Of a DNA stretch of 64,000 bases, positions 20,575-30,608 are shown piece by piece (positions within the stretch are counted from its first letter, which is position 1; each line of letters begins with the position of its first letter). The translations under genes and the position numbers were made by a program. Under the pieces are notes generated by a model. That model made no database searches, had not been told where the DNA came from, and saw nothing but the letters and a program-made list of their open reading frames with translations. The stretch spans positions 37,178 to 101,177 of the forward strand of contig JBBIGR010000014.1 of the NCBI GenBank assembly GCA_037447435.1, read 5' to 3'. The DNA is from Fibrobacteria bacterium. GTDB taxonomy: Bacteria; Fibrobacterota; Chitinivibrionia; Chitinivibrionales; FEN-1185.

Positions 20575-21263
20575 AATTTTTACTTTTCTTTTTATCCATA
20601 GCGGCATTCTCAAACGTCGTACGTGCCCAAAACGATAAATTCGTCATTAATAAAGACACAATTCTTTCATCGAGTTTTGAAGTTCCCGACAGCATGACCT
20701 GTTCGATTTCGCCCGGAGTCACGATTAAATTCAATTGCTATGGAAAATTTATCGTGCGGGGCCTGCTCATTGCCCAAGGCACTTCACAAAAACCGATTAC
20801 CTTTACCTGTATCGACCGTGCGCATGGTGCGGAAAAACCTCCCTGTTGGTACGGTTTGTTCGTTATGGGAAAATCGTCCCATGCCGATATGCGTAATTGT
20901 CGATTCGAAGGAATGTATCGTGCGCTTATTTACGAGTCGCGCCCACTATTCGATTCTTGCGAATTTGCAGGGAATCATTGCGGACTCTATTGCACAAAAA
21001 AAGCCGCGCCACTCGTGCGTAATTGCCGGTTCTACAGAAATATATACGGCATTGTGTCCGACTTTTCGGCACCCTTGCTTGCCAACAATATCATTTCGGA
21101 AAACACCATCGGAATAGATTTACAAGTAGGTTCGATGCCCCTTGCGGGTCCAAATACAATTTTTGGAAACCAAACAAATATCAAGACGGAAGCCGCACTC
21201 AAAGGTGACAGTACTGCCTTGCCTGCTCGATATTTGTGGGAACTTATGAACGAATTATTTTAA
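20571..21263 (+). CDS. Secreted right-handed parallel beta-helix (NosD-like) protein
   Basis: Signal peptide; PbH1-like repeats; AQGTSQKPITFT motif. Confidence 0.8.
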   Translation: MKFLLFFLSIAAFSNVVRAQNDKFVINKDTILSSSFEVPDSMTCSISPGVTIKFNCYGKFIVRGLLIAQGTSQKPITFTCIDRAHGAEKPPCWYGLFVMGKSSHADMRNCRFEGMYRALIYESRPLFDSCEFAGNHCGLYCTKKAAPLVRNCRFYRNIYGIVSDFSAPLLANNIISENTIGIDLQVGSMPLAGPNTIFGNQTNIKTEAALKGDSTALPARYLWELMNELF

Positions 21264-21303
21264 TTGGGTTACGGCTTAATTCTCTTTTACAAGGAGGTTT
21301 CGC

Positions 21304-22038
21304 GTGCAAAACGAAGTGAGCAGACGCTCTTTCATGAAAACCGCAGCGGCAACAGGCGCCGCTTTGGGGCTGGGCTCGACTGCCGATACGATATTTGCCG
21401 ATGTCAAACCGGTACAATTGCCCCAGGTTCCCAAAGACGTTTCGATGATTCAACTTCCTTATGCGCAATCGGCGCTGAGCCCTTCCATTTCGGCAAGGAC
21501 CGTTGATTTACATTATCGAATGCATCATACCGGATATTATACAATGTTAAAGGGGTGGATCAATGTCCATCCGGAATATCAGAATCAAACATTGGTACAA
21601 TTGATTCAATCCAATAAAAACGGCATCAATATGGCGGAAACGGTTTTCCACTATTCGATTCTCCTTAACAACCACAACTGGTATTGGGCAAGCCTGACGC
21701 CGCACGGAGGCGGCTTGCCTAAAGGGAAAATATCAAAATTGATAAATGATTCTTACGGATCCTATGATGCATTCAGAAAATCATTTCTCGAAGAAGGTAT
21801 GCAGCTTGGAATCGGATGGGTTTGGACCGTCTTGGACAACAACAAACTCAAAGTGTATCTTTCGGAATACGGCGACACGCCCATTTTACGTGGATATCAA
21901 CCCCTCCTTGCAATCGATGTATGGGAGCATGCCTACTACATGGATTACCAAAACGAACGGCAGAAATATCTTGAAGCTGTTTTAGATAAGCTGCTCAATT
22001 GGGATTTTGCAGAAAGCAATTTACCTGCGGTAAAGTGA
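21304..22038 (+). CDS. Fe/Mn superoxide dismutase with Tat signal peptide
   Basis: SRRSFMK twin-arginine motif; HH, NH and DVWEHAYY metal ligands. Confidence 0.93.
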   Translation: MQNEVSRRSFMKTAAATGAALGLGSTADTIFADVKPVQLPQVPKDVSMIQLPYAQSALSPSISARTVDLHYRMHHTGYYTMLKGWINVHPEYQNQTLVQLIQSNKNGINMAETVFHYSILLNNHNWYWASLTPHGGGLPKGKISKLINDSYGSYDAFRKSFLEEGMQLGIGWVWTVLDNNKLKVYLSEYGDTPILRGYQPLLAIDVWEHAYYMDYQNERQKYLEAVLDKLLNWDFAESNLPAVK

Positions 22039-22066
22039 TTGCACCGAGGCGTCATTTATCGGCAAG

Positions 22067-22094
22067 GCCCCGGCAGAACGCCGGGGCTTTTTTT
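22067..22094 (+). terminator. Intrinsic terminator after SOD
   Basis: GCCCCGGC-agaac-GCCGGGGC-TTTTTTT. Confidence 0.85.
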
Positions 22095-22114
22095 GTCGAT
22101 AAAGCGGGGCATTT

Positions 22115-23368
22115 TTATTGATATTTTTTAAACAACAGACTTGCGTTTTGGCCTCCAAAGCCGAATGTATTGCTGAGTGCGGCCCGTATGTTCTTTTTGA
22201 CCGGTTTATGCAATGTCAAATCCACGCGTATATCGATTGCGGGGTCGAGCACTTCGGTATTGATGGTGGGCGGTATTTCGCCTTCTTTAACCGCAAGAAC
22301 GGTCGCAACTGCCTCGATGGCACCCGCAGCGCCGAGGAGATGTCCGGTCATGGATTTTGTACCGCTGACATGGAGCGTGCTCAGAGAAGCTTCGAACAAT
22401 TTCTGTACGGCCAGGAGCTCCGGAGGGTCACCCGCCGGTGTCGACGTCGCATGCAAATTGACATAATCGACATCCGGAGGCAATAATCCCGCTTCATCCA
22501 TCGCGCTTTTCATTGCCATGAATACGGATCTGCCTTCGGGTTGAGGCAGCGCATAATGATGAGCGTCGGCAGTCATACCGCCGCCAACTACCTCGGCCAG
22601 TATTCTTGCGTTGCGTTTCTCTGCGTGGGCAAGCGTTTCCAAAACCAAGGCACCCGCACCTTCGCCTAAAACAAAGCCATCGCGTTTTACATCAAACGGG
22701 CGTGAAGACTTTTGAGGCTCGTCGTTATTTTCGGACAGGGCATGCATCGCATTGAAGCCTCCTATAGCGGTCTCGTTGACCGACGCTTCGGAACCGCCGG
22801 CAAGCACGACATCGGCTTTTCCGAGTCTCAACACATTGAATGCATCGATTATCGCATGGGACGACGAGGCGCAGGCGCTGACCGTGCCATAATTGACACC
22901 TCGGAAATCGTACCGCATGGCGATAATGCCGGCCGCTATATTGGATATCATCTTGATGATCATATGAGGAGAGAATCTCGGGTTGGAGCCCTTTTGCGCG
23001 AATCGGATAATTTCGTCTTGCAACGAGGTAAGACCTCCGATTCCCGACGAAAAAATCACTCCATAGCGGAATTGGTCGGCCTCAAGTTTTTTAAGACCGG
23101 CATTGTCCATTGCCTGGCTGGCCGCTGCTATTGCAAATTGAGTAAAGAGGTCCATTGAACGGACTTCTTTGGAGTCGAGATATTGCAAAGCGTCGAACCC
23201 TTTTACTTCACAGGCAAATTTAGTCTTGAAATTAGAACTATCGAATCTTGTTATCGGTCCTGCACCGTTTTTGCCGTTTAGTAAGGCGGCCCAGTATTGA
23301 TCCACTGTATTGCCGATGGGCGTGACTGCGCCCAAGCCGGTTACAACAACCCTATTCAAAGACGTCAT
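22115..23368 (-). CDS. fabF: Beta-ketoacyl-ACP synthase II
   Basis: RVVVTGLG, SACASS (Cys), HATST and GHLLGAAG (His-His), NTFGFGG. Confidence 0.95.
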   Translation of the reverse strand: MTSLNRVVVTGLGAVTPIGNTVDQYWAALLNGKNGAGPITRFDSSNFKTKFACEVKGFDALQYLDSKEVRSMDLFTQFAIAAASQAMDNAGLKKLEADQFRYGVIFSSGIGGLTSLQDEIIRFAQKGSNPRFSPHMIIKMISNIAAGIIAMRYDFRGVNYGTVSACASSSHAIIDAFNVLRLGKADVVLAGGSEASVNETAIGGFNAMHALSENNDEPQKSSRPFDVKRDGFVLGEGAGALVLETLAHAEKRNARILAEVVGGGMTADAHHYALPQPEGRSVFMAMKSAMDEAGLLPPDVDYVNLHATSTPAGDPPELLAVQKLFEASLSTLHVSGTKSMTGHLLGAAGAIEAVATVLAVKEGEIPPTINTEVLDPAIDIRVDLTLHKPVKKNIRAALSNTFGFGGQNASLLFKKYQ

Positions 23369-23389
23369 CGGTATCCTCCTTATATGAAT

Positions 23390-23405
23390 TGTACCGTTTG
23401 GTATA
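23390..23405. promoter_or_regulatory. Putative TetR operator upstream of fabF
   Basis: TGTACCGTTTGGTATA imperfect palindrome, core 12/14 identical to the site at 24184. Confidence 0.65.
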
Positions 23406-23545
23406 TTTTATTAAGCTTTCTGCCGCGTATAGTTAAAACAACTGTCTATTAATACTATGCATCAAGTTTTACGGAAGATCATTCCGTACACTATTGACAA
23501 TTAATTATTTCGTTGCATCGCCCCGCGCTATCGCTTTGGAAAACA

Positions 23546-24136
23546 TCACGGCTTCATCTGATTGATCATTTCATCTATTTTGTCCAAAACCATGCCGAGA
23601 CTCGAACTTTCATTGTACGCTTTCGACATCATCGTGGCACCTTCAAGCAGCGCAATAAACAACGTCGCTATCATATGGGGGTTTGCATCCTGTTTGATCT
23701 CGCCGCATCGTATTCCTTTTGTAATGATTGATGAAAACAACCGACGCCATAATTCCAGAGCGCGTACCACTTTTTCCTGCAGAAGCGGATTGGTATCGTC
23801 GGCCTCTATGGATGTATTGAGAATCGGACAACCGCCCTTGATTGGCCAGAAATCGGGAAAAGTCCGGTACATATCGAAAATCGCTCTCAATTTTTCAATC
23901 GCATTACCTTTTTTAGCCGCTTCGCAATCCATCTTTTCATGGATAAGGTCTCTGGCATATTCAAAACATTCAACGGCGAGTTCTTCCTTGCTGTTGAAGA
24001 GTCCGTATATGCAACCTTTGGTAAGACCGGTCGCAGTTTCCAAATCCGAAAGGGATGTGCCGACAAAGCCCTTTTGATTGAAAACTGGGGCGCATCTGGC
24101 AAGAATGAATTCCCGGGTTTTTTCGGATTTCTTCAT
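23546..24136 (-). CDS. TetR/AcrR family regulator (LmrA/NemR-like)
   Basis: TetR HTH (GTSLSDLETATGLTKGCIYGLF), GGCPILN motif. Confidence 0.92.
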   Translation of the reverse strand: MKKSEKTREFILARCAPVFNQKGFVGTSLSDLETATGLTKGCIYGLFNSKEELAVECFEYARDLIHEKMDCEAAKKGNAIEKLRAIFDMYRTFPDFWPIKGGCPILNTSIEADDTNPLLQEKVVRALELWRRLFSSIITKGIRCGEIKQDANPHMIATLFIALLEGATMMSKAYNESSSLGMVLDKIDEMINQMKP

Positions 24137-24183
24137 TTGGAAACGACCAATGTCAATCTACAGCTTTTTCCCATATCTAAAAT

Positions 24184-24197
24184 ATACCATTTGGTAT
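24184..24197. promoter_or_regulatory. Putative TetR auto-operator
   Basis: ATACCA-TT-TGGTAT palindrome upstream of tetR. Confidence 0.65.
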
Positions 24198-24344
24198 TTT
24201 TTGATGCAATTGAATCGTTTTGACTCGAACCGGCCGCTACGATTTACCTGTAAAAAATGAGTTTGCTCCCGGGCCGTATGCTATTTTTTAGGCATTCCTT
24301 ATTTTGATTATTTTTTTATACCTTATATTGGACAGGAACTTTTC

Positions 24345-25439
24345 ATGGGACTTTCTGCAGGAATTGTCGGGCTGCCGAACGTGGGAAAATCCACGCTGTT
24401 TAATGCACTGACCAGCGCAAAAGCCGAGGTGCAAAACTATCCGTTTACCACTATCGATCCAAACAACGGTATCGTTGCAGTCCCGGACGAACGCCTCAAC
24501 CGCATCACGCAGCTTATTCCTACCGCAAAAGTCGTTCCTGCATTTTTGGAACTCGTGGACATTGCGGGCCTTGTCAAAGGAGCATCTAAGGGCGAAGGAT
24601 TGGGCAATCAGTTTTTGGGTCATATAAAAAATGTCGATGCTATTGTCCATGTTGTGCGGTGCTTCAAGGATCCCAACGTCATTCATGTTGAAGGCTCGGT
24701 TGACCCATTGCGAGACATCGGCCTCATTGATACCGAGCTTATGTTTGCAGACCTCGGCACTGCCGAACGCGGATTGCTTCGAGTTTCAAAAGCAGCCAAA
24801 TCGGGCGATAAGGAAGCCAAAGAACAATTGGTTGTTTTTGAAAAAGTGCAGGATTCCCTTTCCCGCGGTGTGCCGGTACGGCAAACCATTACCGAGCCTT
24901 CTCAATTGCAGATGCTCTCGCAACTTAATTTGCTGACCGCCAAACCGGTATTATACATTGCCAATGTCGACGAAGACAATATCCTGGCCGACAATGAAGC
25001 TGTCGCCGCAGTACGAAAGCATGCCGCCCTGACAAATTCGGAAGTTGTTCGCATAAGCGGTAAAATGGAATCCGAAATCGCAGCGCTTTCGCCTGAAGAG
25101 CGGCCTGAATTTTTAGCAAGTGTCGGACTTACCCAACCCGGATTGGCGCAGTTGGCGCAGGCTATTTATAAATTACTCGGGTTGGAAACATTTTTTACCG
25201 CAGGAGCGGAAGAGAATCGCGCCTGGACCATTAGAAAAGGAATTACGGCACCTAAAGCAGCCGGAACGATCCATACCGATTTTGAAAAAGGCTTCATAAA
25301 GGCGGACGTTTATACTCTTGGCGACCTCGAGCAATATAAATCCGAGGCAGCAATTCGTGCGGCAGGCAAGATTCGGTCGGAAGGCAAGGAATATATTGTC
25401 AAGGACGGAGATATTATGTTTTACAAATTTAATGTTTAA
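24345..25439 (+). CDS. ychF: Redox-regulated ATPase YchF
   Basis: GIVGLPNVGKSTLFNALT, NYPFTTIDPN, DIAGLVKGASKGEGLGNQFL, TGS domain. Confidence 0.98.
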   Translation: MGLSAGIVGLPNVGKSTLFNALTSAKAEVQNYPFTTIDPNNGIVAVPDERLNRITQLIPTAKVVPAFLELVDIAGLVKGASKGEGLGNQFLGHIKNVDAIVHVVRCFKDPNVIHVEGSVDPLRDIGLIDTELMFADLGTAERGLLRVSKAAKSGDKEAKEQLVVFEKVQDSLSRGVPVRQTITEPSQLQMLSQLNLLTAKPVLYIANVDEDNILADNEAVAAVRKHAALTNSEVVRISGKMESEIAALSPEERPEFLASVGLTQPGLAQLAQAIYKLLGLETFFTAGAEENRAWTIRKGITAPKAAGTIHTDFEKGFIKADVYTLGDLEQYKSEAAIRAAGKIRSEGKEYIVKDGDIMFYKFNV

Positions 25440-25454
25440 TAAATAACCCCAGTC

Positions 25455-26675
25455 ATGAATGACAGACTTTTATATTTGTACCGATGGACATTATGGAATG
25501 TTTTTTCCAGGATTTTTGTAAAATTCTGGCTTGGGCCCAGATATAATTTTTCCAAGTCACCCAATTCCGATTCGCTCCCGAAACCGCCGTTTATCGTCGT
25601 TGCCAATCACGGAACGTTTTTTGACCCCTGGATAATCGGTTATTACAGCCGATACCCCTTTACAATTATGTGCAACGACGATGCCTTCCGCGGTAATGCG
25701 GTATCGCGCTGGTACCTCAAAAACATCGGAGCATTTCCCAAGAAAAAAGGCGCTTCCGATTTCAAGGCCATGAAAACAACATTGGCCTCTTTGGCCGCAG
25801 GCTATCCGGTTTGCATTTTTCCGGAAGGCCAGACGACCTGGGACGGGGAAACGCAGCTTATTTACAAAGGTATAGAAAAAATCATTCGCCACAGCAAAGC
25901 AAGCTTGGTTATGGTGCGAAGTAACGGAAATTTCCTTACAAAACCGTGGTGGGCCGACCATATGCGGAAAGGCAAGATAGATTGTCTGTACAAAACCCTC
26001 ACGCCCGACCAGCTGCAAACCATGTCCGACGCCGATTTGTTTTTAACAATTAAGAATTTTATCGCGCACAACGACATCAAGGCGAATTCGGCATTGACAA
26101 CCGTATTTTCCGGGCATAATTGCGCCGACGGCTTGCAACGGTTCATGTGGATGTGCATGCATTGCGAAGGTGAAGATACGCTTACCATGAAGCACGACAC
26201 CATCAAATGCAAAGCCTGCGGATCTATGTGGACTATAAACGCGCTCGGCAAATTGACACCAAAGAAAACTCTTACAAAATCATTCTCCGATTTGCACGAT
26301 TGGTCGCAATGGCATAAAATCAAGGTTAAAAACCGATTGCGCTTTGCATCCGATACCGATACCCTCACGACAGGGCAAAACATCCATTTCCAGGAACTTC
26401 ACGACAACAATCAGTACTACGAATGCGGAGTCGGAACGCTGGTACTCACCAAAACGGCATTGTCGTTTTCAGCTCCAACTAAAAATATGACAATGGAATT
26501 TGCGATGGATAAAATCAACGATTACGTAATTCAAAAGAAAAACATTCTCGAAATCCGCTACGAAACATCGTATTTCCGTTTTGTCTTTCACAATACGAGC
26601 ACTATGAAATGGTTGTTTTATCTGCGATACATTAAAGGATATGAAAAATCCGAAAAACAGGGATTTATTTCCTGA
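25455..26675 (+). CDS. Lysophospholipid acyltransferase (PlsC-like) with C-terminal Cys-rich extension
   Basis: NHGTFFD (HX4D), IFPEG; CMHC...CKAC. Confidence 0.85.
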   Translation: MNDRLLYLYRWTLWNVFSRIFVKFWLGPRYNFSKSPNSDSLPKPPFIVVANHGTFFDPWIIGYYSRYPFTIMCNDDAFRGNAVSRWYLKNIGAFPKKKGASDFKAMKTTLASLAAGYPVCIFPEGQTTWDGETQLIYKGIEKIIRHSKASLVMVRSNGNFLTKPWWADHMRKGKIDCLYKTLTPDQLQTMSDADLFLTIKNFIAHNDIKANSALTTVFSGHNCADGLQRFMWMCMHCEGEDTLTMKHDTIKCKACGSMWTINALGKLTPKKTLTKSFSDLHDWSQWHKIKVKNRLRFASDTDTLTTGQNIHFQELHDNNQYYECGVGTLVLTKTALSFSAPTKNMTMEFAMDKINDYVIQKKNILEIRYETSYFRFVFHNTSTMKWLFYLRYIKGYEKSEKQGFIS

Positions 26676-26685
26676 TATGTATTAA

Positions 26686-26720
26686 AAAGGCACTTGCGGC
26701 GGCATAGCGCAAGTGCCTTT
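26686..26720. terminator. Bidirectional terminator
   Basis: AAAGGCACTTGCG...CGCAAGTGCCTTT between convergent genes. Confidence 0.8.
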
Positions 26721-26785
26721 ACAAAAAGCGTAGATTATCCTGCCAAGGTAACAGGTGCATATTTCAGATAGACATTAATCGAATA

Positions 26786-27811
26786 TTATTCCACGTTTAC
26801 CGGCAGCATCCACCCATGAGTATCGGGCTTGTCGCCGTATTGAATGCCGGTAATTTCATTGTACAACCGAGTCAATGTGGCGCCTGCTTCATTTTCTTTT
26901 CCAAAGGTATAAATCCGCTCACCGTGAAGAATCGACGAAACCGGCGTGATGACAACGGCCGTACCGCAGGCTCCCACTTCGGTGAAATCGGCAAGTTCGC
27001 TCACATGGATTTTCCGCTTTTCCACTTTTAGCCCGAAATCCTGAGCAATGACCTGCAAGCTTTTGTTGGTAACACTGCCTAAAATCGACTGCGAATCCGG
27101 GGTAACATAGCTTCCGGCTTTTGAAATGGCCAAAAAGTTTGATGTGCCGAATTCGTCGATATAGCTGTGCGTTTGCGCATCGAGATATAAACAAACAGGA
27201 AAGCCTTTTTTCTTGCCGTCCAGATCACCGGCCAACCCTGCCGCATAATTTCCGGCAGCCTTGACATTACCGACACCGAGAGGTGCGGCCCGGTCATATT
27301 GCTCCTGGATATACGCTTTCACCGGAAAAAATCCGTTCTTATAATACGGCCCCATGGGTGTCGCAAGCATGATAAAGACATATTCTTCGGAAGCGTGGAC
27401 GCCGATATGAGGGCTTGATCCGATAAGAAAAGGTCTGACATAGAGGCTTGCGCCGGTCCCATAAGGAGGCACATATTGCTTATTAAGAAGAACGAGCTTT
27501 TTTGCCATTTCCAAGAACAATTCCTGGGAAGGCGGCTCCATAACGAGGCGTGTTGCAGAGGTAATAAGCCGTTTGGCATTTTCGTCGGGCCTAAACAAAG
27601 CGATGGATTCATCTTTTCTGCCGAATGCTTTAAGGCCCTCGAATATCGCCTGTCCATAATGCAGACAGGTTGAGGCGATGTGAAGCGAAATATGGGGATC
27701 GGTGCAAATTTGGATATCTCCCCACGAACCGTTTTTATATTCGCATTTCACATAATACTCTGTTTGCATATATGAAAAGCCGAGATTTTTCCAATCGATA
27801 TTTTTAGCCAT
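26786..27811 (-). CDS. ilvE: Branched-chain amino acid aminotransferase
   Basis: LHYGQAIFEGLKA, KAAGNYA, GACGTAVVITP. Confidence 0.96.
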   Translation of the reverse strand: MAKNIDWKNLGFSYMQTEYYVKCEYKNGSWGDIQICTDPHISLHIASTCLHYGQAIFEGLKAFGRKDESIALFRPDENAKRLITSATRLVMEPPSQELFLEMAKKLVLLNKQYVPPYGTGASLYVRPFLIGSSPHIGVHASEEYVFIMLATPMGPYYKNGFFPVKAYIQEQYDRAAPLGVGNVKAAGNYAAGLAGDLDGKKKGFPVCLYLDAQTHSYIDEFGTSNFLAISKAGSYVTPDSQSILGSVTNKSLQVIAQDFGLKVEKRKIHVSELADFTEVGACGTAVVITPVSSILHGERIYTFGKENEAGATLTRLYNEITGIQYGDKPDTHGWMLPVNVE

Positions 27812-27841
27812 AGTCTACCTCTACTATTTGGTTTTCTATCC

Positions 27842-29434
27842 CTATTTCTTCGCAGTATGCTTTCGAGTATCCTTCATAAGTTTATATGTAAGACTATCGA
27901 TAAGCGCGAGCCATGCGGCTTCGATGACATTCGTCGAAACGCCGATAGTACCCCAGCGGTCTTTCCCGTCCGACGATTCGATGAGAACCCGAACCTTTGC
28001 GGCCGTACCGTCTCTGCCGTCGAGCACCCGGACTTTAAAGTCTTCAAGCTTTACTTCCGATAGATTGGGGTAAAACTTGCACAGCGCCTTCCGGAGAGCA
28101 TTGTCGAGCGCATTGACCGGCCCGTCCCCTTCGGCGGCAGTATGCTCGAAATCGCCATCTTTTTGTACTTTGATCGTAGCTTCGGAAAACACGTCTCCGC
28201 TTTCCCGTTTTTCTTCTATGACGCGGAATCCTTTGAATTCGAAGGTTTTTTTAAACAGCCCGAGCATTTCCTGGGCTAAAAGTTCAAACGATGCGTCTGC
28301 AGCCTCGAATTGATACCCATCGGACTCAAGCGATTTGATTTTCATCAAAAGTTTCTTGACCATAGGGTCCTGTTTGTCGAGATGCGGCATGAATCCGGCG
28401 AGTTTTTCAAGCATAGTGCTCGAACCGGCCTGTGCGGACACCACGAATTGCCGTTGATTGCCGACAAGTGCCGGCTTGACATGTTCAAACGACTCGCTTA
28501 CTTTGCGAACGCCGTCGGCATGAGCCCCGGCTTTATGGGAAAACGCGCATTCGCCGACATACGGCTGACGGATATTATGCGTAATGTTTGCTATTTCCGA
28601 AACGAATATCGATACTTCGGTCAGTTGTTTCAGAGAATCCTCATGCAAAACAGGAACGCCGCGCTTTAGCTGGATATTTGGAATTATGGTGCACAAATTT
28701 GCATTGCCGCAACGCTCTCCAAGCCCGTTTATGGTTCCCTGGACCTGGACGGCACCTTCGGCAACGGCAATCATGCTGTTTGCTTCTGCGCAGCCGGAAT
28801 CGTTATGCGTATGTATGCCGAGCGGGCAATCGATGCTTGACGCAATAGATCGCCAAACCGAGAGAAATTCATCCGGAAGCATACCGCCGTTTGTATCGCA
28901 TAAGACAATACAATCGGCCCCGGCTTCTTTTGCTGCAAACAATGTTTTCAAAGCATAATCCGGATTGTGCTTATACCCGTCGAAAAAATGTTCCGCGTCA
29001 TACACGACCTCGTCCATGTGCTTTTTAAGATAGGAAATCGTATCCCCGATGATATCGATATTTTCCTGCAAGGAAAAACGAAGCACATTTGTCACATGCA
29101 GATCCCATGATTTTCCGAAAATCGTCGCGACCGGCGCGCCCGATTTGACAAGCATTTGCAAAAACAGGTCTTCGCCGTACGGCGTGTGCGGCCTCTTGGT
29201 TGAGCCGAAAACCGCGAGTTTTGATTTCAGTTTAAGTTTTTTCGCTTCCTGAAAGAACTCGGTATCGATGGCATTCGTCGGGTTCGGCCACCCGCCTTCA
29301 ACATACTGGATTCCCAAATCGCTGAGCCGTTCGGCTATGCGCAATTTGTCGGAAAGAGACAAGCTTATGCCCAATGCCTGATTACCATCGCGAAGCGTGG
29401 TATCGTATATTGCTATTTTCTTCTGTAAATTCAT
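27842..29434 (-). CDS. cimA: Citramalate synthase
   Basis: YDTTLRDG, VEGGWP, IFGKSWDLHV, YDAEHFFDG, GDGPVNALD. Confidence 0.92.
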   Translation of the reverse strand: MNLQKKIAIYDTTLRDGNQALGISLSLSDKLRIAERLSDLGIQYVEGGWPNPTNAIDTEFFQEAKKLKLKSKLAVFGSTKRPHTPYGEDLFLQMLVKSGAPVATIFGKSWDLHVTNVLRFSLQENIDIIGDTISYLKKHMDEVVYDAEHFFDGYKHNPDYALKTLFAAKEAGADCIVLCDTNGGMLPDEFLSVWRSIASSIDCPLGIHTHNDSGCAEANSMIAVAEGAVQVQGTINGLGERCGNANLCTIIPNIQLKRGVPVLHEDSLKQLTEVSIFVSEIANITHNIRQPYVGECAFSHKAGAHADGVRKVSESFEHVKPALVGNQRQFVVSAQAGSSTMLEKLAGFMPHLDKQDPMVKKLLMKIKSLESDGYQFEAADASFELLAQEMLGLFKKTFEFKGFRVIEEKRESGDVFSEATIKVQKDGDFEHTAAEGDGPVNALDNALRKALCKFYPNLSEVKLEDFKVRVLDGRDGTAAKVRVLIESSDGKDRWGTIGVSTNVIEAAWLALIDSLTYKLMKDTRKHTAKK

Positions 29435-29456
29435 AATTTCTTTTCTATTGAAATGG

Positions 29457-29491
29457 CCTCACCTCTTTCCCCCGAGAGAGACGAGGTGAGG
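29457..29491. repeat. REP-like intergenic hairpin
   Basis: CCTCACCTC...GAGGTGAGG inverted repeat between leuB and cimA, no U-tract. Confidence 0.5.
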
Positions 29492-29505
29492 TTGTCAACC
29501 TTCAT

Positions 29506-30570
29506 TTATTTGACAAACGATGCGACAAAATCGCCAAGTTCACGGGTGCCCATGCCCATTTTACCTGCGGCAAGGCTCTTGATTTTGCCTGAAGCGAGCG
29601 CATCATGCACGGCGCGTTCGATTGCGCTTCCCGCAGCTTCTTCGCCAAGGGATTCGAGCATCATACCTGCAGCTGCGATTGCCGCAAGAGGATTGATCAC
29701 GTTTTTGCCCGTATACTTCGGCGCACTGCCGCCCATTGGCTCGAACATGGAAACACCTTGCGGATTGATATTTCCGCCTGCTGCGATACCAAGCCCGCCC
29801 TGGATGATTGCGGCAAGATCGGTGATGATGTCGCCGAAGAGATTTTCGGTCACGATGACATCATAGAATTCCGGACTCTTTACGAACCACATGGTGCACG
29901 CATCGACATGGTTGTAATCCTGCTTGATGTCCGGATACTCTGCATCACCCATTTCCTTATGGCTCCGTACCCACAAATCGCCGCAATGCGTGAGTACATT
30001 GCATTTATGAACGAGCGTGAGCTGTTTGCGTTTATTGCGTTTACGAGTGAATTCGTACGCATAGCGCATGCATCGGTCGACAATGGGCCGGCTGTATTGC
30101 ATGACCTGCGTCGCTATTTCATACTGAGTGCCTTTTTGCGTCGCACCACCGATACCGGTGTAGATACCGCCGGTATTTTCGCGGATCACGACAAAGTCTA
30201 TATGTTCGGGCCCTTTGTCTTTAAGCGGCGTTTCGACGTTCGGATAAAGCTTGACAGGCCGTAAATTGATGTATTGATCGAGTGCGAAACGCGCCTTGAG
30301 CAATATGCCGAGCTCCAGGATTCCGGGCTTGACATCGGGATGTCCGATAGCGCCAAGGAATATCGAATCGTGCTTGCGCAATTCTTCGATGGCACTGTCG
30401 GGAAGCGTTTCACCGGTTTTAAGATATCGCTCGCCGCCGAAATCATAATTTTCGTAATTGAGTTTGACATTATACTTTGCAGCCGCGACATTAAGAACCT
30501 TAAGACCTTCATTGACCACTTCCGGACCGGTTCCGTCTCCCGGAATCACCGCTATGTTATACGATTTCAT
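29506..30570 (-). CDS. leuB: 3-isopropylmalate dehydrogenase
   Basis: IPGDGTGPEV, NLRPVK, RENTGGIY, NLFGDIITD, MFEP.GGSAP; operon context. Start could be 30585. Confidence 0.93.
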   Translation of the reverse strand: MKSYNIAVIPGDGTGPEVVNEGLKVLNVAAAKYNVKLNYENYDFGGERYLKTGETLPDSAIEELRKHDSIFLGAIGHPDVKPGILELGILLKARFALDQYINLRPVKLYPNVETPLKDKGPEHIDFVVIRENTGGIYTGIGGATQKGTQYEIATQVMQYSRPIVDRCMRYAYEFTRKRNKRKQLTLVHKCNVLTHCGDLWVRSHKEMGDAEYPDIKQDYNHVDACTMWFVKSPEFYDVIVTENLFGDIITDLAAIIQGGLGIAAGGNINPQGVSMFEPMGGSAPKYTGKNVINPLAAIAAAGMMLESLGEEAAGSAIERAVHDALASGKIKSLAAGKMGMGTRELGDFVASFVK

Positions 30571-30608
30571 GAACACTTGCTCCATTCACGTTAAAAGAAA
30601 TATGACGA

